Shown: positions 9,308-16,399 of the stretch, in pieces
Numbering within the stretch: position 1 is the first letter of the stretch
Layout of the letters: each line of letters starts with the position of its first letter
DNA from: an uncultured archaeon
GTDB lineage: Archaea; Asgardarchaeota; Lokiarchaeia; Sigyniarchaeales; SOKP01
Direction of reading: 5' to 3'
Length of the DNA: 16,399 nucleotides
Assembly: GCA_964508365.1 (NCBI GenBank)
Contig: CAZDTP010000072.1
Location: 1-16,399 of the forward strand
Translations under genes and position numbers: made by a program
Notes under the pieces: generated by a model
Told to the model about the DNA's origin: nothing
The model's input: only the letters and a program-made list of their open reading frames with translations
Database searches by the model: none

Positions 9308-10966
9308 TTAGAATTCACCTCCACATGAGGCTATTTCTGATAGAATTTGTTCATCTGTGAAATGAAGGATAGTAATTGCTCCAGTAGGGCAACTTGCTCC
9401 GCAAACACCACAAGCTTTACAAAGAACTTGATTCACTTCGATTTTTCCTTCTTTATTTTTATAAATTGCTGAAAAAGGGCACATTCTTGTACAGATTTTA
9501 CATTTTATACAAATCTCTATATCAACTTCAGCTGTAGATCCTTCCACTTCTAAAGTATCTTTTGATAAGATTCGGCTTGCCCTTGATGCTGCAGCATATG
9601 CTTGAGATATACTCTCACGAACATCAGCAGGCCAGTGTGCAGAACCGCATATAAATATTCCATCCGTTGCAAAATCTGAAGGTCTCAATTTAACATGAGC
9701 TTCTAAAAAGAAGTTGTTATCTTGCTGAGGAATTTTTAATAATTTAGCAAGCGTGGTTGAGTCTTCATGGGCTATAAGAGGGGTTGACAATACAACAAGA
9801 TCATAAGGGATATTAATTTCTTGATTTCTCAATTCATTATAGACTTCAATAATACTATCTTTAACTAGTGGAGGCTTATCAGAAGAATATTTTATAAATA
9901 TAATTCCATTCTCTCTTGCTTTTCTATAGTAATCCTCGTAGGTTGTTCCATGTACCTGAATATCTCTATAAAGTATTACTAAATTTGAATTTGGATTGAG
10001 CTTCTTTATAATCATAGCATTTTTTAATGCGGTCATACAACAAATATTTGAACAATACGGTCTTTCTTCATTTCGTGCTCCAACACATTGAATCATTACA
10101 ATATTTTGGGCAACTAATTTATTCTCTTTTAATAACGGTTCTAAATCTAATTGAGTGATTATAGATTTGCCATTATAACGAAATAAACCCTTAGGAATCA
10201 ATGGTTTTGCACCAGTTGCGACTATTATGATTCCTGTTTTTATTTTAGATATCTGTTCTCTTTCTTTTACTGATATTTCAAAATTTCCTACAAATCCCTC
10301 TACTTTAATTGGAACAGCTGACGTAATTACATGTATATTTTTATTTCTTTCTATTATATCGATTATTTCTAATAATTTTGAGGCATCCACTTCGATGGGA
10401 TACAATTTATTCAATAATCTTAAGTTTCCACCCAATTGTGATTCCTTTTCAATAATTGTAGTTTGAAATCCTTGTTTTGCTAAATTTAGAGCTGCAGTCA
10501 TACCTGCAATACCACCACCAATAATAGCAGCAGAGGGCGTAACTTCTACCTTTATCTTTTCTAAGGGTTTCAATAAAGCTGCTTTACTTATACCCATATG
10601 GATTAAATCCTTTGCTTTTTCAGTTCCTTTTTCAGGTTCTTTCATATGAACCCAAGAATCTTGATCTCGAATATTTACCATCTCAAACAGATAAGGATTT
10701 AAACCGGCTTCATGACAAGTTTCTCTGAATAAATTTTCATGAGTACGAGGGGAACAAGAAGCAACAACAACGCGATTTAAATTATGTTCCTTTATCTTAC
10801 CTCTAATCTCAGATAAACCAAGTTCAGAACATGTATAAATATTATCTGCAGCATAAATGACATTTGGTAAAGTTTTTGTGTATTCCGTGATACTCGTGAT
10901 ATCTAATATACCACCTATATTTGTGCCACAATGACAAATGAATACTCCAATTCTTATATCTTCCAT
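9308..10966 (-). CDS. hdrA: HdrA-like subunit (N-terminal Fe-S domain, FAD module, C-terminal 2x[4Fe-4S]; lacks inserted ferredoxin and the DCxxC motif), 552 aa
   Basis: Start corrected from 11020 to ATG 10966 (MEDIRIGVFICHCG), which is preceded by the GAGGTGA SD overlapping the upstream stop. Motifs GGGIAG, CSNICC, CIKCKICTRMCP, CKACGVCGASCP. Confidence 0.88.
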   Translation of the reverse strand: MEDIRIGVFICHCGTNIGGILDITSITEYTKTLPNVIYAADNIYTCSELGLSEIRGKIKEHNLNRVVVASCSPRTHENLFRETCHEAGLNPYLFEMVNIRDQDSWVHMKEPEKGTEKAKDLIHMGISKAALLKPLEKIKVEVTPSAAIIGGGIAGMTAALNLAKQGFQTTIIEKESQLGGNLRLLNKLYPIEVDASKLLEIIDIIERNKNIHVITSAVPIKVEGFVGNFEISVKEREQISKIKTGIIIVATGAKPLIPKGLFRYNGKSIITQLDLEPLLKENKLVAQNIVMIQCVGARNEERPYCSNICCMTALKNAMIIKKLNPNSNLVILYRDIQVHGTTYEDYYRKARENGIIFIKYSSDKPPLVKDSIIEVYNELRNQEINIPYDLVVLSTPLIAHEDSTTLAKLLKIPQQDNNFFLEAHVKLRPSDFATDGIFICGSAHWPADVRESISQAYAAASRASRILSKDTLEVEGSTAEVDIEICIKCKICTRMCPFSAIYKNKEGKIEVNQVLCKACGVCGASCPTGAITILHFTDEQILSEIASCGGEF

Positions 10967-10970
10967 TTTT

Positions 10971-12269
10971 TCACCTCTCCGATAAAATTTCGGTAGCTCT
11001 CGCAGCAGCACTACTGGCATCTAAAACTGATGTAGGTATATCCATAGGTTCCCTACATGCACCACATAAGAAAATGCCTTCTTTTGAAGATACTTGAGGA
11101 TGATAAGTATCACCTTTAAAGAAATTGTAATGATCAAGCTCAATTCCTAAAGCTTTAGATAATTCTTCGGCATCTTTCTTAGGAATCATGCTGGCTGCTA
11201 ATATAACCAAATCAAAAGCTTCTCGTTCTATTTCAAAAGTTTTTGTATTTTCATAGATGACAATCGGATTTTTTTTCTTATCCTCAATAATTTTAGCAAC
11301 TTTAGCCTTAACATAATTAATGTTGTATTCCCTATTTCCTCTTTTAATGTATTTTTGAAAATCTTTTCCTGGAGCTCTAAGATCTATATAAAAGATAGTG
11401 GAATTAATTTCATTATCATGTTCATAAGCAACCATAGCTTCTTTAGTAGTATACATGCAACAACATGAAGAACAATAAGGATTATAATTAATATCTCGAG
11501 ATCCTACACAATTAATAAATGCTATTTTTTTAGGCTCTTTCTTATCTGATGGCCTAACTAAATGTCCACCTAAAGGACCCGATGCGCAAATTAATCTTTC
11601 GAATTCTAATCCAGTTACAACATTATTAATCCTGCCATATCCTAAACATGGTATTAAAGTTGCATCAAATACATCAAATCCTGTAGCTATTATGATCGAT
11701 CCTACATTAAACTCGATTTCCTCATCTTTTTGAGAAAAATCTATAGCTCCCGCCCCACAAGCTTTTACACATAGTCCACATATACCATAATTTAAATATA
11801 AACATTTTTTATCATCAATTAGATATACTAGGGGGATAGATGATGGGAAGGGAATATAAATTGCGCCATGGCTATTCAAATTAGTATCAAATCTATTAGG
11901 TAGTCCTCTGATTGGGCAAATTACTTCACAATCTCCGCATCCTTTACAAACATCTTCTATTACATATCGTGCTTTTTGAAGCATCTTTACTGTGAAATTT
12001 CCTGCTTCACCTGTAATATTTTTTACTTCTGATAAAGTATGAAGTGTTATATTTGGATGACGATTACATTCAGCGAGTTTTGGAGCTAAAATACAGATGG
12101 AACAGTCATTAGTTGGAAAGGTTTTGTCTAGTTGAGCCATTCTACCTCCAATACAAGATTCTTTTTCAACTAACTCAACTTTAAATCCTCGCTCAGCTAA
12201 GTCTAAGGATGCTTGAATCCCTGCTATTCCTCCACCAATGATTAAAACACTTTTTAGGTTTTCTTCCAT
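10971..12269 (-). CDS. hdrA: HdrA-like subunit (FAD module + inserted 2x[4Fe-4S]; lacks N-terminal and C-terminal domains)
   Basis: GGGIAG, DKTFPTNDCSICILAP, CKGCGDCEVICP, CGLCVKAC, CVGSRD, CSSCCC, GIFLCGAC. Confidence 0.9.
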   Translation of the reverse strand: MEENLKSVLIIGGGIAGIQASLDLAERGFKVELVEKESCIGGRMAQLDKTFPTNDCSICILAPKLAECNRHPNITLHTLSEVKNITGEAGNFTVKMLQKARYVIEDVCKGCGDCEVICPIRGLPNRFDTNLNSHGAIYIPFPSSIPLVYLIDDKKCLYLNYGICGLCVKACGAGAIDFSQKDEEIEFNVGSIIIATGFDVFDATLIPCLGYGRINNVVTGLEFERLICASGPLGGHLVRPSDKKEPKKIAFINCVGSRDINYNPYCSSCCCMYTTKEAMVAYEHDNEINSTIFYIDLRAPGKDFQKYIKRGNREYNINYVKAKVAKIIEDKKKNPIVIYENTKTFEIEREAFDLVILAASMIPKKDAEELSKALGIELDHYNFFKGDTYHPQVSSKEGIFLCGACREPMDIPTSVLDASSAAARATEILSER

Positions 12270-12406
12270 GAGACTACACTTAATCTAAAATTATTCATTC
12301 CAAGATAATACCAAGATTTATGTAATACTTTAATGTTTTTTTTAATTTTATGATTTCATTTAAATTAAATAAAAATAATGAATTATCTATTTCTTAGATT
12401 TAGCAT

Positions 12407-13663
12407 TTAAACAAGGTAGAGTAACTCTCCAATAAAATTTGCTAAATCTATTATCCTTATTTTATCTTTCAACTCGTTGAATTCTCCATTCAAAGAAGGC
12501 TCAGTAAGATAGCAGTTGAAATGTGTTAAGCATTTTGGGCATGGTACAATTAAATAATCCGCTCCAGTTTCAATAGCTTCAATAATGCGATTTTTCCTAA
12601 TTGTACGTGAAATTTCATCACATCCCATAAATGCTGAAACACCACAACAATTTGCATCATCTTTTATATTTTTCATTTCAACTAATTCAACACCAGGGAT
12701 CTTTTTAATTAAATCTCTTGGAGCATCGTATAGTTTTCCTCCCATACGCCCTAATCGACAAGCGTCATGATATGTAACCTTGCGATTAAGTCCTTGAGGG
12801 AATTTAATATTTTCAAGAATTTTCTCTTTTAAAAAGAATTCTGTGAAATGAAAGACTTTAAAATCAAAATCTTTTATTATTTTTGGATAATCAAATTTCC
12901 AAGTTCTATATCCCTCAGCACAGCCTATTATAATTGTTTTAACTCCAGCATTTTTATATAATTTAACATTATACTCCGCAAGTTTTTTAAAGGTTTCAAT
13001 GTCTCCTTTACCCCATAAAACATCATGACCACAACATTTTTCATTTAAAACAACTGGTATTATTCCCTTCTCATTAAGTAAACTTATTATTGATTTTGCT
13101 ATATTTGAATATTTAATACCCAAGTTATAGAAAATATCTTCCATTAATGGTAAACATCCAAGAAAATATGCAATTTCACCTGACACTGTTGTTTTTAAAT
13201 GAGTTTCGTTTAAAAATTCTAATTTATTTGGCTCTAATTGATCTTCTGCCATAATTTGTGAAATTAATGGAAAAATATCATCATGGGTTTCACATTTAGC
13301 AATCTTATCCAATTCTGAAGTATTACTATTTGAAATCTTTCTTAATTCTAAAATTAATTCAGGTATTCTTACACCTTCATTCTCTTGAGTCATTGGACAA
13401 TATATTGTACATTGACCACATGTAAGACAACTCCATATATTATGTTTCTTTAAAACTTCTCCTAATGAAGAAAAAACTAAATCTCCTACTAAATTTCGTG
13501 GATAAAATACATCTAAATGCGAAAGTGGACACACATTTACACATCGATTGCAAGCATAACAATAATTTGCCATTGAAATTATTTTTTTAATATCTTGCTC
13601 TAAGACTTGGGAGTTAGAATTAACAGAATTAATTTCATTATTGATATAAGATATCATCAACAA
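12407..13663 (-). CDS. HdrD-like (HdrC-HdrB fusion) Fe-S oxidoreductase with two CCG domains
   Basis: N-terminal CYACNRCVNVCP and CLTCGQCTIYCP. CCG domain 1: LGC, EKCCGH, GCAEG. CCG domain 2: YHDACRLGR, NCCG, PCPKC. The start could be TTG 13663, TTG 13660 or ATG 13657, after a GAGGAG SD. Confidence 0.85.
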   Translation of the reverse strand: MLMISYINNEINSVNSNSQVLEQDIKKIISMANYCYACNRCVNVCPLSHLDVFYPRNLVGDLVFSSLGEVLKKHNIWSCLTCGQCTIYCPMTQENEGVRIPELILELRKISNSNTSELDKIAKCETHDDIFPLISQIMAEDQLEPNKLEFLNETHLKTTVSGEIAYFLGCLPLMEDIFYNLGIKYSNIAKSIISLLNEKGIIPVVLNEKCCGHDVLWGKGDIETFKKLAEYNVKLYKNAGVKTIIIGCAEGYRTWKFDYPKIIKDFDFKVFHFTEFFLKEKILENIKFPQGLNRKVTYHDACRLGRMGGKLYDAPRDLIKKIPGVELVEMKNIKDDANCCGVSAFMGCDEISRTIRKNRIIEAIETGADYLIVPCPKCLTHFNCYLTEPSLNGEFNELKDKIRIIDLANFIGELLYLV

Positions 13664-13810
13664 TTACTCCTCGAAATAAATCTCAGAATATCCACAGTTA
13701 GAACATATATATGTTTTAACATTAGGTGCTCTATGTCTGTAAACATAATCAGTATTTATTAAAGGTGCCTTACATTTTTTACATATTTCTTTCTTTACTT
13801 CTATTAACAT
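13664..13810 (-). CDS. 48-aa zinc-ribbon microprotein (absent from the ORF track)
   Basis: Manual translation MLIEVKKEICKKCKAPLINTDYVYRHRAPNVKTYICSNCGYSEIYFEE* shows CxxC-x22-CxxC. AGGGGTGA SD lies 6 nt upstream of the ATG, and its TAA abuts the TTG of the HdrD-like gene. Confidence 0.8.
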   Translation of the reverse strand: MLIEVKKEICKKCKAPLINTDYVYRHRAPNVKTYICSNCGYSEIYFEE

Positions 13811-14051
13811 GTATTTATCACCCCTATTTTTAATATTTAACTTTCTATTTTTAAGAATTAAATACGAAATTCTGATAATATTGTATGTTTTTAAAAAAAT
13901 ATTTTTTTAAAATGATCCATCTCTATTATAGAAGATGCATTTTGCATTTAAAAACTCTTACTTTTGATTACGTTTTTCATTAATTGCATTATCCAGAAAT
14001 GAAATTTATATTATAGATAATCAAGAATTTTTATGCTAACAATAAAAAGAT

Positions 14052-14315
14052 ATGATAATTTTGATAATATTGTTGATCGAAATAAACAATTTTCTGATAA
14101 TAATATTGATCGAAATAAACAATTTAATTATAAACATTGGTTTTATCTGTTATTTAATTTCTAATCTTATTTTGCCTACATTATTAGCAAATTATATTGA
14201 CCCAAGTTCGCTAGATGGGGAGAGAATCGCTGCTCTAATCTTAGAATTAGGAACCTTATTTTCTATAGTAATTGCTTTATTAGGATTTAGAAAGAAAGCT
14301 AATTACAAGAAATAA
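14052..14315 (+). CDS. Small hypothetical membrane protein; N-terminus uncertain, possibly frameshifted
   Basis: C-terminal half has two hydrophobic segments and a basic tail (FRKKANYKK). The N-terminal part is built from a tandem repeat and has no SD. Confidence 0.35.
   Translation: MIILIILLIEINNFLIIILIEINNLIINIGFICYLISNLILPTLLANYIDPSSLDGERIAALILELGTLFSIVIALLGFRKKANYKK
14062..14127. repeat. 33-bp tandem duplication (2 copies, 29/33 identical)
   Basis: tgataatattgttgatcgaaataaacaattttc / tgataataatattgatcgaaataaacaatttaa. Confidence 0.85.
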
Positions 14316-14321
14316 ATCTCC

Positions 14322-15779
14322 CTAATAAGCCAATCCCTTTAGTATCTGGACGGTTGTATATTGATTTTTCCCGCCCATCCTCAAAAAATCCATCGCTTCT
14401 TCAATTCCTTCGACGGTCAAGTTATACATTGGGATAATGCTTGAAATTATTTTCCTCGTCCATGGTACCCATTCAAGGCGTATTAACTCGGGATTTAACC
14501 ACACCACGTTATTCTTAAAATGATTCGCAAGCTCTCTAACATAATAAATCCCAGGCATCTCATTTCGATGGTAATAGTAAATGCTTCCATAGCGTTCGGT
14601 GAGCTCCCAACTCGCCTGTACCGGAAAATAACCGGAATTCGGTTATCCTATAGCAGCGTCGCCCACCATTACAACCTTATATTTACTATTATACTTTTTT
14701 AAGAATTCTTCAAAAGGAATTGCCTCATCTGGATTCCTTTGTGCATTATTATAAAGTTTATCGTAAACACAGTTATGAAAATAATAAAACTTAAAATCCT
14801 TCCAGTGGGACATATTATTAGATGCGGAGAAAAGAAGATTAACGAGATGAGCATACGGAGTCATGCTTCCTCCAACATCCATCAAAAGAACGAGTTTTAC
14901 GTTATTTTTGCGACGTTTTTCGACTATAATTTCGATATCTCCACCATTCTTCGCAGTTTTGTCGATGGTTTTATCCATATTAAGCTCGTCAAGTTTCCCA
15001 ATTTCTTCTAATTTTTTTAGACGTTTTAACGCAACTTTTATTTGACGAGTGTCGAGCACGATATCCTTTCTATAATCAGAAAATATTCTTTTTTGGGCAA
15101 TTTGAACTGCCATGCGCATTCCTGAAGATCCACCTATCCTCATCCCCATCGGATTTTGTCCCGAATTACCAAAAGGAGAAGTTCCTTGAGTTCCTACCCA
15201 GTGGTCTCCTCCGTTATGTTCTTCGTCTTGTCTTTGCATGAGGTCTTCGAATTGCTTCTGCATTTCTTCGAGGTTAAAAAATTGGTTTAGCATCTCTTGA
15301 AAATTACCATCTACTTGTGAAAGGTCTATATTTTTTTGTAACCAATCCCAAATCTCCTCTTTAACCTTCTCCGGTGCGTTTATTAATAAGTTTCCGTCTA
15401 GGTCTTCATTGAGTTTCTGGAGCAATCCTTCTAGGAATTCTTGGAGGTCCTCAATATTTAAATATTGTTGGTATTCTCTTAATAGAATTTTCAATCCTTC
15501 GATTAACTCGGGAATAGTGATTTCCTGGTTTAACCAGTCCCATATTTCTTGCTTAATATCGTCGGGAAATTTAATTACAGCGTTTTTAAAAAAGTTAGCA
15601 AATGCGATATCGTATATATCAAAGTGGTGTTCATTTTTACATAGGATTGAACGCGATATGTAATAAAATTCGACCATATTGTGAATAAGACCTTTATTTA
15701 ACGCTTCTATCAATGCCATATATTCCGTTATACTGACCGGTAATCTTTCCTTGAGATAATAAAAATATTCTACAAACAT
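14322..15779 (-). CDS. vWA-domain protein (CoxE-like/COG3825-type), two exons 15779-14650 and 14616-14322, 474 aa after splicing
   Basis: ORFs 14643-15779 and 14322-14558 share a frame and are separated by a single TAA. MIDAS-type LMDVGGSM, YYFHNCVYD, WVGTQGTSPFG and VVWLNPE motifs. Removing 33 nt gives VGDAAMASWEL. Confidence 0.82.
14617..14649 (-). other. Predicted 33-nt bulge-helix-bulge (BHB) intron in pre-mRNA
   Basis: 3-nt bulges AUA (14651-14649) and CAG (14618-14616) on opposite strands flank a 4-bp helix UGCU/GGUA. The intron stem is GGA/UCC plus UAACCG/CGGUUA, and the exon helices are CGC/GCG plus GGUGGGC/GCUCACC. The insert contains the in-frame UAA. Confidence 0.8.
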
Positions 15780-15987
15780 TATGTTTAATTTTTCAATTTA
15801 TTCTCTTTTATAATAAAATTGAATTAATCATCAAATATAGTTTTATGTTAAATTCCATAATGGTAATTAAAATTCTGTTAAATCAGCGTTTTCTGATTAA
15901 GACAATCTAGAAATTAGATTTGTGATAGATAAAACTTGAGTAGTTAATTTTTTAACAATTTTTCTTAAAATCGAATAGATGTTTGTC

Positions 15988-16353
15988 TTAAAACCACATA
16001 GTAGCGTCGGCTTCTAACACTAAATCGTTCAATGTTGCTGCCCCAACAATTTTCAATCCTGGAATTAAATCAGCAGTTTCCCAACCTAACATTCTTTTTG
16101 AAGCTTCGCAAACATAAATTTCGATACCTTCCGCAAGTGTTTTATCAATCATTTCCTTGAGCGTTGGGAAGTTTCCCGCTTTAATCTCCTCTGCTTTGCC
16201 AGGTTTTAAGATCCTTATTCCTTGACCTAGATAATAAATAAGTGCTTTAACATCCATTGCTTTAGCTGTCTGTGCTAATACATGTGGTGAATACTGGCGT
16301 TCAGGATCATCGCTAGTTTGCACATACAGAATACATTTTTCTTTATCGCTCGT
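15988..16353 (-). CDS. DsrE/DsrF-family sulfur-relay protein; probable true start at ACG 16353 (121 aa) rather than GTG 16323
   Basis: DsrE-like pattern with conserved Cys (GIEIYVCEAS) and C-terminal GAATLNDLVLEADATMWF. The in-frame upstream segment SDKEKCILYVQTS supplies the first beta strand. GAGGTGA SD lies 6 nt before ACG. Confidence 0.8.
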   Translation of the reverse strand, partial: TSDKEKCILYVQTSDDPERQYSPHVLAQTAKAMDVKALIYYLGQGIRILKPGKAEEIKAGNFPTLKEMIDKTLAEGIEIYVCEASKRMLGWETADLIPGLKIVGAATLNDLVLEADATMWF

Positions 16354-16399
16354 GATTCCTCACCTCATTTTTAAATTATAATATGAATAGATATTATTT

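Noticed and set aside
10971-10973. TGA ending the 432-aa hdrA as a Sec readthrough fusing it to the next hdrA
   Set aside because: The next gene's ATG (10966) is in a different frame, the TGA is part of that gene's GAGGTGA SD, and it is not a Cys-equivalent position.
10967-11020. 18-aa N-terminal extension MPVVLLRELPKFYRRGEK in the ORF track
   Set aside because: It overlaps the upstream gene. The SD and homology to the HdrA N-terminus point to ATG 10966.
12282-12400. Imperfect inverted repeats (aatctaa/ttagatt, attattcatt/aatgaattat) bracketing the hdrD-hdrA spacer as a MITE
   Set aside because: The matches are short and imperfect in very AT-rich DNA, with no target-site duplication.
14062-14127. 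33-bp repeat as a CRISPR remnant
   Set aside because: There are only two directly abutting copies, no spacer and no cas genes.
14643-14645. TAA in the vWA gene as a simple nonsense mutation or readthrough site
   Set aside because: The stop lies inside an 11-codon insert that forms a precise BHB whose standard cleavage restores an AUG. TAA is not a Sec or Pyl codon.
1285-15663. Short antisense or overlapping ORFs in the track (e.g. 1285-1485, 2230-2442, 2417-2605, 4870-5052, 5746-6150, 7699-7893, 8610-8900, 10227-10466, 12585-12770, 14520-14702, 14739-15011, 14863-15045, 15409-15663)
   Set aside because: They lie opposite well-supported genes and have no motifs or SD sites, so they are shadow ORFs.
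16360-16368. In-frame ATG-AGG-TGA upstream of dsrE as a Sec-containing N-terminus (M-R-U-G)
   Set aside because: The sequence is the GAGGTGA SD itself, the position is not a conserved DsrE Cys, and no SECIS-like element was seen after the gene.

Overview
AT-rich archaeal window. GGGGTG/GAGGTGA Shine-Dalgarno sites, Sec-HdrA and a eukaryote-like SECIS candidate suggest an Asgard/Lokiarchaeia-type genome (inference). Most of it is a heterodisulfide-reductase-type, flavin-based electron-bifurcation locus in two convergent units. The + strand has an FrhB/FpoF-like F420-binding gene followed by one 678-aa hdrA that the ORF track broke into pieces. Its two in-frame UGA codons (1703, 2255) fall at positions that are Cys in the paralogs in this window, so it is a double-selenocysteine HdrA, and a SECIS-like structure follows its stop. 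The - strand has an unannotated 48-aa Zn-ribbon gene, an HdrD-like gene, two complementary partial hdrA genes, an MvhD with a C-terminal HTH-like extension, an HdrA-HdrA-MvhD fusion and a second FrhB/FpoF-like gene. To the right are a small membrane ORF, a vWA (CoxE-like) gene and a DsrE-family gene. The most striking observation is in the vWA gene, which is interrupted by a 33-nt insert carrying an in-frame UAA. The insert folds into a canonical bulge-helix-bulge (BHB) splice substrate, and cutting at the standard BHB positions rebuilds an AUG codon and a continuous 474-aa ORF. This is a candidate archaeal pre-mRNA intron in a gene other than cbf5.
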